Origin: Geopsychrobacteraceae bacterium
Lineage (GTDB): Bacteria; Desulfobacterota; Desulfuromonadia; Desulfuromonadales; Geopsychrobacteraceae
Reading direction: 5' to 3'
Length of the DNA: 64,000 nt
Assembly (NCBI GenBank): GCA_963676795.2
Contig: CAXXTB010000002.1
Coordinates: forward strand, 512,001 to 576,000
Shown in pieces: positions 49,839 through 60,006 of the stretch; positions within the stretch are counted from its first letter, which is position 1, and each line of letters starts with the position of its first letter. The translations under genes were made by a program, and so were the position numbers. Under the pieces are notes generated by a model that worked only from the letters and a program-made list of their open reading frames with translations, was not told the DNA's origin and did no database searches.

Positions 49839-50827
49839 AGCCCCCCCCTGCGTTGTAACAGATAGAGGAAGAACGGCGCGCCGAGCAGGGCGGTAATCAC
49901 CCCGACCGGGATCTCGGCCGGTGCGTAGATACTGCGCGATAAGGCGTCGGCGAGCATCAGGAAGCTTGCCCCGAAGAACGCAGCAAAAGGGATCAGGATG
50001 CGGTGTGACGGGCCCCAGAGCAGGCGGCAGATATGCGGGACGACCAGGCCGACAAAGCCGACCAGACCGGCCATGGCGACTGCGCCAGCGGTCAGGGCAC
50101 CGGCGAGGATGAACAGGATCAGCCGGCTTCTCGCAACATTGAGTCCAAGATCCGCAGCACTTTCCTCCCCTTGGGTCAGCAGGTCGAGTTGGGCGGCAAA
50201 GACCCAGATCAGGATAAAGCCGATGACAAACCAGAGTGCCCCCCAGACCAGCCAGTCCGGGTTGGCCAGTGCCAGGTTGCCGGCCAGCCAGAAGATCGCC
50301 TGGCGGGTCGCGTCGGCCGGCGCGCGCCAGAGCAGAAAGAGCAGGATGGCCGCTGCCAGGCTGCCGATCATCACCCCGGAGAGGATCAGGGTGTGGGTCG
50401 AACACTGGTGAGCCTGGGCGATCAGATAGACACTCAGCAGCGCCGCAATGGCACCGAGAAAAGCGAAGACCGCTATCAGTAGCGGTGACTGCAGTCCCAG
50501 GCTGATACCGATGACGGCACCGAGTGCCGCGCCCCCGGATACCCCGAGTAGGTAGGGGTCGGCCAGCGGGTTGCGCAGTACTCCCTGAAAGGTGACCCCC
50601 GAGAGGCTCAACGAGGCGCCGACCAGGGCCGCCAGCAGGGCGCGGGGGAAACGGATCTGCCAGACGATGGTTGCATTCAGCGCCTGCCGGTCGCTGCTGA
50701 AGACAGTTGCCAGCAGTTCGCCGGGGGACAGGATCGTGCTGCCGACCGTCAGGCAGAGGAACAGGGCAATCAGCGGAGAAAGGAGCAGCAGGCCCTTCCA
50801 GATCGTATTGCGGCTGCGCTTATTCAT
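49835..50827 (-). CDS. btuC: Cobalamin ABC permease (FecCD family)
   Basis: RFPR, RNPLADPY, GFVGLVVPH. Confidence 0.9.
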   Translation of the reverse strand: MNKRSRNTIWKGLLLLSPLIALFLCLTVGSTILSPGELLATVFSSDRQALNATIVWQIRFPRALLAALVGASLSLSGVTFQGVLRNPLADPYLLGVSGGAALGAVIGISLGLQSPLLIAVFAFLGAIAALLSVYLIAQAHQCSTHTLILSGVMIGSLAAAILLFLLWRAPADATRQAIFWLAGNLALANPDWLVWGALWFVIGFILIWVFAAQLDLLTQGEESAADLGLNVARSRLILFILAGALTAGAVAMAGLVGFVGLVVPHICRLLWGPSHRILIPFAAFFGASFLMLADALSRSIYAPAEIPVGVITALLGAPFFLYLLQRRGGL

Positions 50828-51698
50828 CGAAATCGATATCCGGGTGGAGAGCTTTGGCCAGCGCTTCGACGCCAAGGATCAGGCGCGGTCCCGGGCGGTA
50901 GACCCAGTCGGCTTCGACGCTGATGATCCGATTGCTCTGAACTGCTTTGAGCTGCGGCCAGCGCTCAAAAAAATCCTCCTGCTGTTGTCCGGGATGGAGC
51001 GGCAGCAGTATGGCGTCCGGGTCGGCCTGCATCAGAGCTTCCAGACTCCAGGTCGGGTATCCGGTTGTTTGACGATGAACAATGTTCATCCCTCCGGCGC
51101 GTTCAATAATATCGTCGATAAATGTGCCATGTCCGGCTACGGTCAGCGGCTGCAACATGACGCAGGGGAGCAGGGAGACCGGTTCGGTTGTTTTCAGTTT
51201 GTCGGTGATCCGGGCCAGACGGATGTGCATCTCCTCCTGCAGTTGGCGGGACTCCTGTTCATGGTTGGTCAGCCTGCCGAGGATTTCGATCGATTCGAAG
51301 GTGGTTGCAACCGAGTTGAGGGTGATGACATAGACCGAAATGCCGAGCCTCTCCAGCTGGTCGATCAGGGCGCGCGGGTTGCCTTCGGCTGTGGCGATAA
51401 CCAGGTCCGGGCGCTGCACTAGGATCGCTTCGAGGCCGGGGTCGGCATAGCTGCCGATCTTTGGCAACTGTGTCGCCTCTTCCGGGAAGTTGGCATATTC
51501 GGTGACGGCCACAACCTGATCCCCCGCGCCGATGGCAAAGAGGGCCTCCGTCGCGCTGGGAACCAGCGGAATGATGCGCTGCGGGTTATTGGGGACTGAC
51601 ACCCTTCGCCCTGCGGCATCGCTGATAACTGCTGCCGACAGGACTGTTGGCAGCAGGATGCTTATCGCAAATATGAGTGGTAAAAGAGGTTTTGTCAT
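50820..51698 (-). CDS. btuF: Cobalamin-binding periplasmic protein
   Basis: PSATEALFAIG, RPGPR. Confidence 0.88.
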   Translation of the reverse strand: MTKPLLPLIFAISILLPTVLSAAVISDAAGRRVSVPNNPQRIIPLVPSATEALFAIGAGDQVVAVTEYANFPEEATQLPKIGSYADPGLEAILVQRPDLVIATAEGNPRALIDQLERLGISVYVITLNSVATTFESIEILGRLTNHEQESRQLQEEMHIRLARITDKLKTTEPVSLLPCVMLQPLTVAGHGTFIDDIIERAGGMNIVHRQTTGYPTWSLEALMQADPDAILLPLHPGQQQEDFFERWPQLKAVQSNRIISVEADWVYRPGPRLILGVEALAKALHPDIDFDE

Positions 51699-51747
51699 AG
51701 TGTCATCTTCGATTTCGGTCTGTTCCGGCGATGATAGGACAAACTGC

Positions 51748-53565
51748 TCAGAATGTCACCTTGAGACCGGCGTAGGCCGACAGCCCTGCTGTGCCGTAAC
51801 CGGCAACCTCTTCGTAGTCCTCGTCAAACAGGTTGTCGATTCGTGCGAACAGCTTGGCGTAGTCGCAGACCTGATAGGAGCCGCTCAGGTTGACCAGGGT
51901 GTAGGCGTCGAGGGTCTCATTTGCAGCGCCGTCTTCGCGTTCACCGGTGTAGAGAATACTGGTTGTCAGCTGCAGGTTGTCCAGTGGATAGATGCTGATA
52001 TCAAAGGATCCTTTATGCAAAGGGATGCGCGCCTTGCGGGAACCATCATCCGTTTCGCTGTCGGTGTAGGTATAGCCCAGTTTGAAGCTGATAAGCTCCA
52101 GTGGGTACCAGCCGATGGACGTTTCGACCCCTTCGGTGGTCAACTCTTCAATATTTTCATAACCGCCGGTCAGCCAGTCGCCATACCAGTTGATATAGTC
52201 CTCGATGTCGTTGTGGAACCATGTGGCCGAAAGAACGATGCTGTTGCTGAGCAGCTTCTGATCGAAACCGATGTCGTAGCTCAGGCTGGTTTCAGGATCG
52301 AGGTCTGCGTTGCCGCCATAGGGGTAGTAGAGCTGAAACAGAGACGGAGCTTTGAATCCGGTTCCGACAGACGCATGGAGGTGGGCTCCACAATAGGGAA
52401 CAACGTAACTTGGCGCGATGCGCCAGGTGACCTCATTACCGAATTCCTGATGGTTGTCGAGACGGGCACCGACACTGATGGCAAAGTCGCTGATCTTAAG
52501 CTGGTCCTGAATATAGACTGCCCTGTTGAGCGTATCGCCAGAATCACCGTAGCTGCTCTGGTAATCTTCCTTTTCAATCTCAAAACCAAGCAGCAGTGTT
52601 TGCAGTTCTCCGGCCCTGATGGTGTTAAGTACCTCCGCCTTTTTTATATCACCATCATACTCGTAGTTGTCGTAGGTACCGCTGGTTTTGTGATTGGCCG
52701 ATGAGATTGAGCTTCCCAGTTTTAGAGTCCAGACATCCTGCAACAGAGAGAAAATCAGTTCCCCTTTTGCCGCAGTTTCCAGCGAGTCGGTTTTGGCATC
52801 CGTGTCGGCGGGAGTAAAGGTCCAGTCATATGAATCGAATTCGCTTTCTGAATCAGTCAGGTGGAAGCTCAGGTTGTAGGCGAGACTCTCGGAAAGTGAA
52901 TGACCAGAGTTCAGCATGAAACTGGTCTTTTTGTAGCCGTCCTTTTCACTGAAGCCATCCTTTTCGTTGTAGGAGGAAAAACCGTCGGTTGTCGTTGTGG
53001 AAACGGCCGCGGAAATACCGGGAGCGGAAATCGCAGCGCTCGCCTCCCGGGTATTGTAGGATCCTCCCTCTAGCGAAGCTGAGGTGCTCCGGTTCCGGCT
53101 GCCCTTTTTGGTGATGATATTGATGACACCGCCGATGGCATCTGAGCCGTAGATTACGCTCTGTGCGCCTTTGACGACTTCGATCCGTTCAATATTCTCG
53201 GTACTGATGTTGGCGAGGTTCGAGCCGCCGCCGATACTGGAGGTGTCGCGGAATTCGATGCCGTCGATCAGAACCAGGGTGTGGCGGGTATCGGTCCCGC
53301 GCAGGTAGGCAGAGGTCGCGGTACCCCGGGGGCCGCTCTGAACAATGTTGACGCCTGGAACGCTGCGCAGAACGTCGAGCACCTGGGTCAGCTGCTTTTC
53401 TTCGATCTCTTCAGCGGTTACCACCGTGACCGAACTGCCGAGCTGGCTGAGAGGGGTTTCCGTTCGGGTTGCAGTCACGACGATCGGGTCCAGGATGGTG
53501 GTTTCGGCGTGAAGCGTGGTGGCCAGCAGCAGTGCCGCGGCCAGGCCTAAGATAAGTTTTTGCAT
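51748..53565 (-). CDS. btuB: TonB-dependent cobalamin receptor
   Basis: VVTATR, YGSDAIGGVINIIT, NLFDEDYE, terminal F; lies downstream of a B12 riboswitch. Confidence 0.92.
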   Translation of the reverse strand: MQKLILGLAAALLLATTLHAETTILDPIVVTATRTETPLSQLGSSVTVVTAEEIEEKQLTQVLDVLRSVPGVNIVQSGPRGTATSAYLRGTDTRHTLVLIDGIEFRDTSSIGGGSNLANISTENIERIEVVKGAQSVIYGSDAIGGVINIITKKGSRNRSTSASLEGGSYNTREASAAISAPGISAAVSTTTTDGFSSYNEKDGFSEKDGYKKTSFMLNSGHSLSESLAYNLSFHLTDSESEFDSYDWTFTPADTDAKTDSLETAAKGELIFSLLQDVWTLKLGSSISSANHKTSGTYDNYEYDGDIKKAEVLNTIRAGELQTLLLGFEIEKEDYQSSYGDSGDTLNRAVYIQDQLKISDFAISVGARLDNHQEFGNEVTWRIAPSYVVPYCGAHLHASVGTGFKAPSLFQLYYPYGGNADLDPETSLSYDIGFDQKLLSNSIVLSATWFHNDIEDYINWYGDWLTGGYENIEELTTEGVETSIGWYPLELISFKLGYTYTDSETDDGSRKARIPLHKGSFDISIYPLDNLQLTTSILYTGEREDGAANETLDAYTLVNLSGSYQVCDYAKLFARIDNLFDEDYEEVAGYGTAGLSAYAGLKVTF

Positions 53566-53613
53566 CTCTTCTTCTCCTGAAGTTGTCCCCCGGGAGCCTG
53601 ATGGTGCAAACGC

Positions 53614-53646
53614 AAAAAAGCCCGCACCTGGAAAAGGTGCGGGCTT
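53614..53646 (-). terminator. Terminator of the cobalamin riboswitch expression platform
   Basis: Minus strand AAGCCCGCACC-TTTTCCA-GGTGCGGGCTTTTTT. Confidence 0.8.
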
Positions 53647-53716
53647 ACCGTATTGATTTATGGCCTGCGCTCCTGTCCACACTCCCATACCCGGGGAGGT
53701 AAGTTGACAGTTTCAT

Positions 53717-53905
53717 GGCAGGTCTTCTGACTGACGAGCGTTCGCATGGTATTGTCACGAAATGCTGATCGGCCTTCCCGGCTTCGAAAAAAAAACCAGT
53801 GGCATGTCGATCAGCTGCGCTCGATCACAGCGGCGGGTCCGTGGAGGTTTCTCACCTCGCTTCCCATTCGGATTTTTGAAAATCCAAGCCTTGCGGCACC
53901 GATGA
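53717..53905 (-). ncRNA. Cobalamin riboswitch
   Basis: Minus strand GGTGC...ATGGGAA..GGTGAGAAACC...CCCGCCGCTGTGA...GCCACTGG...GGGAAGG...AGTCAGAAGACCTGCC. Confidence 0.95.
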
Positions 53906-54085
53906 AACGATTAAATTGTGCTCCTGTTATAGGCAAAGCCACTCCGTCGAGTCAAGCGCTCAAATTATGTTTTTGTGAGTTTCTGCATCAGGCGGTTTTC
54001 AAGAGTTGCAAAACATGTTACCAATAGCCGTTTTTCACACAGTTATCTTTGTTAGCCTGATCAATTAAGTAAAGGATCGAAACGG

Positions 54086-55414
54086 ATGGTTTTTGACAAA
54101 ATCGGACTTCAGGTGCCCCGCATTCTTCTGCCGAAGGCGGGGACCGACATGCAGGGCTGGGCGGTTATCGCCTGTGATCAGTACACCTCGGATCGCGCCT
54201 ACTGGCAGCGGCTCAAGCAGCAGGTCGGTGACAAGGCGTCGACACTGAACCTGATTTTTCCGGAAGTTTACCTGGAAGACAGCGATGGCGACCAGCGCAT
54301 CGCGACGATCAACCAGACCATGGATGCCTACCTCGCCGATGGCAGCCTGGAAGAACAGCAGGCCGGGTTTGTCCTGATCGACCGCAAGACCTCCGAAGTC
54401 GAATCGCGCAAGGGGTTGATGGTCGCCCTGGATCTTGAGAAATACGACTACAGCAAAGGCTCGAAGAGTTTGATCCGGGCCACCGAGGGAACCATCCTCG
54501 ACCGTCTGCCGCCGCGCATCAAGGTCCGGGAGAATGCGCCGATCGAACTGCCGCATATCATGGTCCTGATCGATGATCCGCAGCGCACCGTCATCGAACC
54601 GCTCTTCGATGCACAGCTTGAAACCATTTACGATTTCGAACTGCTCGAAAACGGCGGTCACCTCAAGGGCTACCGCATAGACAGTCCGCAGTTGATCGAA
54701 CAGGTGGCAGGGGCGCTTGAAGCGCTGGCCGATCCGCAGGCGTATCAGGCAAAATACCAGGCCGGTGAGGATGTCATGCTCTACGCCATGGGCGACGGCA
54801 ACCATTCCTTTGCCACCGCCAAGGCGATCTGGGAACGCCTCAAAGAGGAAGCAACCGACAAGGCTGCGATCATGAACCATCCGGCGCGTTATGCCCTGGT
54901 TGAGCTGGTCAACCTGCACGACTCAGGCCTTGAGTTCGAGCCGATCCACCGCGTTCTGTTCCATGTTGACAACGTGCAGCTTAAAAAGGCGATGGTCAGC
55001 TGGTTTGCAGGGCGCAATACCCCGCTGACGATCACTGCCTGCGCGTCACTTTCCGAGGCGGAAAAACAGGCTGAAGCAGCAGAGCATGCCTTTGTCGCCA
55101 CCTTTGGCGGCGAGTTCGCCGTCTGCAGCGTCGCTGGGGCCGAATTCAACCTGGTGGTCGCTTCACTGCAGGCATTTATCGATCATTACCTGGCCGAAAA
55201 CAAGCAGGCCAAGGTCGATTACATCCATGGCGAAGAACCGGTCACCGAACTGGGCGGCAAGGCCGATTGTGCCGGGTTCTACCTGCCGGCCATCGACAAG
55301 TTCGATTTCTTCCGCACCATCATCCTCGACGGCGCGCTGCCGCGTAAGACCTTCTCCATGGGTGAGGCGGACGAGAAGCGTTTCTACCTCGAATGCCGCA
55401 GGATCAAGGAGTAG
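54086..55414 (+). CDS. DUF1015-family protein
   Basis: WAVIACDQYTS, IRATEGT, GDGNHS, LPRKTFSMG. Confidence 0.88.
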   Translation: MVFDKIGLQVPRILLPKAGTDMQGWAVIACDQYTSDRAYWQRLKQQVGDKASTLNLIFPEVYLEDSDGDQRIATINQTMDAYLADGSLEEQQAGFVLIDRKTSEVESRKGLMVALDLEKYDYSKGSKSLIRATEGTILDRLPPRIKVRENAPIELPHIMVLIDDPQRTVIEPLFDAQLETIYDFELLENGGHLKGYRIDSPQLIEQVAGALEALADPQAYQAKYQAGEDVMLYAMGDGNHSFATAKAIWERLKEEATDKAAIMNHPARYALVELVNLHDSGLEFEPIHRVLFHVDNVQLKKAMVSWFAGRNTPLTITACASLSEAEKQAEAAEHAFVATFGGEFAVCSVAGAEFNLVVASLQAFIDHYLAENKQAKVDYIHGEEPVTELGGKADCAGFYLPAIDKFDFFRTIILDGALPRKTFSMGEADEKRFYLECRRIKE

Positions 55415-55417
55415 TCA

Positions 55418-56023
55418 ATGAGCAAGATAGACGCAGTTGTTTTTGATCTGGGCCGGGTGCTGATCGACTATGATTACGCTCCTTTCTTTCAGGTCATGCG
55501 CGAGCATGGCGCCGATATCGTCGGTGAATTCGACTTTATCGCGCGGATGGACGTGACCCCCTACGAAGAAGGGTTCAACACCAATGAAGAGTTTCTCGAT
55601 GGCTTGAGGCGGCTGATCAAGGAGCCGATCAGCGATGAGAAGCTGATCGCCGCCTGGACCTCGATCTTCACGCCGATGGACGAGATGCTTGCCCTGGCGC
55701 GTGAGCTGAAAGAGCAGACGAAAGTCTACCTGATCTCGAATATCGGTCCGCTCCACTGGGACTATCTGCGGCAGACCTATCAGCTGGCCGATTACTGTCA
55801 CGGTATGCTGCCCTCCTTTGAGGCCGGTGCGGTCAAGCCGTTCGCCGATATCTACAGTGAAGCCAAGGACCGTTTCGGCCTCGAACCACAGCGCACGGTC
55901 TTTGTCGATGACAAGCCGGAGAACGTTTCCGGTGCCCGGGCCTGCGGCTGGAAGGCGTTCGTCTACGAGTCGCCGGAGCATACCCGCAATGTGCTGCTCG
56001 GCTTACTCGCTGATGAGTCTTGA
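55418..56023 (+). CDS. HAD-family phosphatase
   Basis: FDLGRVL, SN, KP, FVDD. Confidence 0.88.
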   Translation: MSKIDAVVFDLGRVLIDYDYAPFFQVMREHGADIVGEFDFIARMDVTPYEEGFNTNEEFLDGLRRLIKEPISDEKLIAAWTSIFTPMDEMLALARELKEQTKVYLISNIGPLHWDYLRQTYQLADYCHGMLPSFEAGAVKPFADIYSEAKDRFGLEPQRTVFVDDKPENVSGARACGWKAFVYESPEHTRNVLLGLLADES

Positions 56024-56468
56024 GGACAGCTTTCCTGCCGAACCGGGGAGCTACCTGCTCTTCTTCTACCTGCGGGCCGGCCGATCTATCGAGGTCGGTC
56101 GGCTCGCTTCCCTGCATTTCCGTCGCGGCTGGTATCTCTACTGCGGCAGCGCCTTCGGTCCGGGCGGCCTGCGTGGCCGCTTGCGCCATCATCTCAAACC
56201 CGATTCCCGTCTCCACTGGCACATCGATTACCTGAAACAGGCCGCTGACCTGCGCAAAATCTGGTTTCTGAGCGGCGAAAACATGGAACATCTCTGGAGT
56301 CGCCAGCTCGCGGGGCTGGGCGGGTTCGAAGCTCCGTATCGGGGCTTCGGTTCGAGCGACTGCGACTGTTTCAGTCACCTGTTTTTTTGTTGTTCCCAAC
56401 CGAGGTGGAGAGAGCTGTTTGAGAGTCTTGACGGGGCAGGCAGGATCGGGCGGCGGGTCGTTGGGTAG
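56013..56468 (+). CDS. GIY-YIG/Uri-superfamily nuclease (DUF123)
   Basis: GSYLL, YCGSA, HWHIDYL, FGSSDCDCFSHL. Confidence 0.85.
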   Translation: MSLEDSFPAEPGSYLLFFYLRAGRSIEVGRLASLHFRRGWYLYCGSAFGPGGLRGRLRHHLKPDSRLHWHIDYLKQAADLRKIWFLSGENMEHLWSRQLAGLGGFEAPYRGFGSSDCDCFSHLFFCCSQPRWRELFESLDGAGRIGRRVVG

Positions 56469-56575
56469 CGAACCAGGATTGACGTCGTCTGGAAAAAGTG
56501 GACAAGCGTCTGATCGATACTTAAACTCTGACATCTCGTTTCGACAGTCTATAACTCAAAGAGAGGACTCAGCCT

Positions 56576-57235
56576 ATGGAAACCAGCGAACGCGATTTGC
56601 GCGCCCAGCTTATCAGTAAGGCGATCTGGATGAATGCTTCCGGTCTGAACCAGGGAACCTCGGGCAATCTTTCGGCCCGCTACCAGGATCGCATGCTCAT
56701 CACTCCGAGCGGGATTTCTTATGAGGAGCTGGAACCGGAATCGCTTGCCGCCATGCCGATCGACGGCGAATACGGCAGCTGGGAAGGCCCCTTCAAGCCG
56801 TCGAGCGAGTGGCGCTTCCATCTGGATATCATGCAGGCGAGGCCGGAGGTCAAAGCCGTTGTCCATACCCATTCCGTCTATGCGACAACTCTGGCCATGG
56901 CGCGCCGCGACATCCCGGCTGCGCATTATATGGTGGCGATCTTCGGTGGCGACAATGTGCGCTGTTCCGACTATGCCACCTATGGCACCAAAGAGCTTTC
57001 GGACCTCGCTCTGCAGGCCCTGGAGGGCCGCAATGCCTGTCTGCTCGCCAACCACGGCATGCTGGTCACCGGCCCCAGCCTGGAAAAGGCCATGTGGCTG
57101 GCCCTGGAACTGGAAACCCTGTGTCGTCAGTATTACCAGAGCCTGCTGATCGGTGGCCCGGTGATCCTGTCGGATGAAAATATCGCCGATACCATGATAT
57201 CGATCTCAGGCTACGGGTTGCAGGACAAAAAATAA
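56576..57235 (+). CDS. Class II aldolase/adducin family (L-fuculose-1-phosphate aldolase-like)
   Basis: GTSGNLS, ITPSG, PSSEWRFH, HTHS, LANHG. Confidence 0.9.
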   Translation: METSERDLRAQLISKAIWMNASGLNQGTSGNLSARYQDRMLITPSGISYEELEPESLAAMPIDGEYGSWEGPFKPSSEWRFHLDIMQARPEVKAVVHTHSVYATTLAMARRDIPAAHYMVAIFGGDNVRCSDYATYGTKELSDLALQALEGRNACLLANHGMLVTGPSLEKAMWLALELETLCRQYYQSLLIGGPVILSDENIADTMISISGYGLQDKK

Positions 57236-57259
57236 CCTTAAGGTTTGTATCAAGTATTC

Positions 57260-57695
57260 AAGCCGGGAACCAGCTTTCCGATTGCGCGCTTCGAGGCGCG
57301 TAGCGGCTCGTCTGAGCGGGAATAAGCTCGCAGCCCAGAAGCTACGCAGCAGATATCTGACAAGTTATAGACGGTGCCGTTGACGTTGGCGTTTCTTTGC
57401 ATCCTTTCTTTTCGCAAAAAGAAAGGATGTCGCCTGGCGGTGCGAGAACCGCTGATTTTGGTTTTGTGAGGTTTCCCAATGAGAAAAGATCAAAGGCGCG
57501 GGGACTTGCCCCCCGTACGGCGACCTCATTTTGACCAGGGCCTCAAAGGCAGGCAAAAACTCCCTTTAAAAACTTACGAAAACTGATATTGCTTTCTTTC
57601 GCAGGTTCACACCAGCAACTGACAACGCGCCCAGCAATGAGCAGGCTCATTGAATGGGCACAACCGGAAAAAACTCAGCATTGCTGAGTTTTGAT
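57260..57695. repeat. Modular palindromic intergenic element, copy 4 (most divergent)
   Basis: Left end matches 29081-29170; right end (57612-57695) matches 3114-3198. Confidence 0.82.
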
Positions 57696-57706
57696 ACATT
57701 GAAACA

Positions 57707-57738
57707 AGCAGGGGGCGAGCGAATGTTCGCCCTCTGCT
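57707..57738. terminator. Hairpin after uraA
   Basis: AGCAGGGGGCGAGC-GAAT-GTTCGCCCTCTGCT. Confidence 0.65.
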
Positions 57739-57752
57739 GTAAGAGTGTTTTG

Positions 57753-59072
57753 TCAGGCCTTGCGTCCAGCCGGCAGGATCAGGTTGAGGATGACGCCGAT
57801 AACTCCGGCCAGGCCGATACCGCCGAGTTTGACGACGGCCAGATCGAGGTTGAGGCCGCCGATGCCGAAGACCAGGATGATGGCGACGATCGCCAGATTG
57901 CGCGGCTGCATCAGGTCATCCCCCGCTCTGACCAGAGTATTGATGCCGATAACGGCGATGGCGCCGAAGAGCAGAACCATGATGCCGCCCATGACCGGGA
58001 CCGGAATCGAGGTCAACAGGCCGCCCAGTTTGCCGACGAAGGCGAGGACGATGGCGGCGATCGCCGCCCAGGTCATGATTGCCGGGTTGAAGCAGCGGGT
58101 CAGGGCGACGGCGCCTGAGACCTCCGAGTAGGTGGTGTTGGGCGGTCCGCCGACCAGGGCGGCGAAGCTGGTGGCGATGCCGTCACCGAGCATGGTGTTC
58201 TGGATGCCGGGATCCTTGACATAGTCCTTGCCGGTGATGCCGCCGATCGCCATGACATCGCCGAAGTGTTCAATGGCCGGGGCGATGGCGACCGGGACGA
58301 TATAGAGGATCGCTTCGAGATTCCAGCTCGGGAAGGTGAAATCAGGCAGAGCGATCCAGGCGGCCTGAGCGACGTTCTGCATGGAAATCAGCGCCGGGGC
58401 TGTGTAGTTCGGCAGGCTTCCCGGATCGAAACCGGCCTGCAGTGCAGCGCTGGCCCCGCTGGCATCAAGGATGAGCGAAGCGATGTAGCCGGCGACAATG
58501 CCGCAGAGGATCGGTACCAGCCTGAACAGTCCGCGCCCGAGCAGGGAGACCAGGATGGTGACGATCAGGGCGACAGCGGCGATGATGTAGGCGGTGGTCT
58601 GCGGCACCAGCCAGGCGCTGCCGTCACCCGTGCGCCCCGAGGCCATATGGATGGCGGCCGGGGCCAGGTAGAGGCCGATGACCATGATCACCGGGCCGGT
58701 GACCACCGGCGGCAGCACGCGGTGGAGAATGCCGGCGCCGAAAAAGCGCACGACCAGGCTGATCACGACGTAGAGCAGACCGGCGGCGGCCAGGCCGCAC
58801 ATGGTGCCCGGAATCCCCCAGGTGGCGACACCGTAGATGATCGGCGCGATAAAGGCGAAGCTCGAAGCGAGGAAGACCGGAACTTTCCCTCTGGTCAGGG
58901 CCTGAAAGATCAGGGTGCCGACCCCGGCGGTAAACAGCGCGACGTTGGCATTGAGCCCGGTCAGCAGGGGGACCAGGACCAGGGCGCCGAAGGCGACGAA
59001 CAGCATCTGGGCGCCGAGCAGCCAGTCCTTGAGGCGGAAGTTGTAGTCGGTCGGTGATAGGTTTGGATTCAT
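57753..59072 (-). CDS. uraA: Uracil permease (NCS2)
   Basis: LASSFAF, PPVVTGPVI, EHFGD, GGPPNTTYSE; next to upp. Confidence 0.92.
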   Translation of the reverse strand: MNPNLSPTDYNFRLKDWLLGAQMLFVAFGALVLVPLLTGLNANVALFTAGVGTLIFQALTRGKVPVFLASSFAFIAPIIYGVATWGIPGTMCGLAAAGLLYVVISLVVRFFGAGILHRVLPPVVTGPVIMVIGLYLAPAAIHMASGRTGDGSAWLVPQTTAYIIAAVALIVTILVSLLGRGLFRLVPILCGIVAGYIASLILDASGASAALQAGFDPGSLPNYTAPALISMQNVAQAAWIALPDFTFPSWNLEAILYIVPVAIAPAIEHFGDVMAIGGITGKDYVKDPGIQNTMLGDGIATSFAALVGGPPNTTYSEVSGAVALTRCFNPAIMTWAAIAAIVLAFVGKLGGLLTSIPVPVMGGIMVLLFGAIAVIGINTLVRAGDDLMQPRNLAIVAIILVFGIGGLNLDLAVVKLGGIGLAGVIGVILNLILPAGRKA

Positions 59073-59149
59073 AGCGCATCCTTTGGGTATGAAAGCCAAT
59101 AGATTAATGAAAAGCCTGCCGGTTTCCCGGCAGGCTTGATGATTGTTAA

Positions 59150-59776
59150 TTATTTTGTTCCGAAAATCTTGTCCCCGGCGTCGCCCAGCCCGGGAAGGAT
59201 ATAGCCGTTTTCGTTGAGTCTTTCGTCGATCGACGCGACAAAGATATCGACATCGGGATGGGTCTTCTGCAGCCGTTCGATCCCTTCCGGGACCGCGACC
59301 AGAAAGAGTCCGCGAATACTGGTACAGCCGGCCGCCTTGAGCATGTCAATGCAGGCGACCAGGGAGCCGCCGGTGGCGAGCATCGGATCGAGGATCAGAG
59401 CGGTTCGGTCTTCCATGTTGCTGGTCAGCTTTTCGAAGTAGGTGACCGGCTCCAGCGTCTCCTCGTTGCGGTACAGGCCGACAACGCTGACCCTGGCGTT
59501 GGGGAGCAGGTCGAGAACGCCGTCCATCATCCCCAGCCCGGCGCGCAGGATCGGTACAACGGTGATTTTCTTGCCCTTGATCCGGTCGACCTCGACCGGG
59601 CCGTTCCAGCCGCTGATCGTTTCTTTTTCGGTTTCCAGGTCCTTGGTTGCTTCGTAGGTCAGCAGGCGGGCGACTTCTGAAGCCAGCTCGCGGAAGTCCT
59701 TGGTGCTGATATCCGCCTGGCGCATCAGACCCAGTTTGTGTTTGACCAGCGGATGAGCAACTTCGATGACAGCCAT
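59150..59776 (-). CDS. upp: Uracil phosphoribosyltransferase
   Basis: [26 protein letters not shown]. Confidence 0.96.
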   Translation of the reverse strand: MAVIEVAHPLVKHKLGLMRQADISTKDFRELASEVARLLTYEATKDLETEKETISGWNGPVEVDRIKGKKITVVPILRAGLGMMDGVLDLLPNARVSVVGLYRNEETLEPVTYFEKLTSNMEDRTALILDPMLATGGSLVACIDMLKAAGCTSIRGLFLVAVPEGIERLQKTHPDVDIFVASIDERLNENGYILPGLGDAGDKIFGTK

Positions 59777-60006
59777 GAATGATCTCCTTGGGTAGGGGGG
59801 AAATTCAACACTGGAGAATATGATTAACCTATGGAAGAGGTCAAGATTTTCAGTCGTCAAAACGATTAACGTCAGGTAAGAATCTGCCGGCAGGGAGATT
59901 CTGGCTTTGTTCTTTAAAGGAAGATGGGGTATAGTCTCCGGCTGACTTGAATTCGGAATCGCTGGTCCTGCCGGTTAAATGCCGGTCCGGTGTCATTGTG
60001 ATTGCG

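Noticed and set aside
49839..50405. 605-aa version of the ABC ATPase in the ORF track
   Set aside because: The extension overlaps btuC out of frame; the real start is GTG 49838, coupled to the btuC stop.
56013..56468. GIY-YIG gene as a homing endonuclease or defence system
   Set aside because: DUF123-type small nuclease in a housekeeping operon; no intron, methylase or defence neighbours.
2891..57695. Repeat copies as a CRISPR array or tRNA/rRNA genes
   Set aside because: Dispersed, no repeat-spacer periodicity, no cas genes, no cloverleaf or rRNA motifs.
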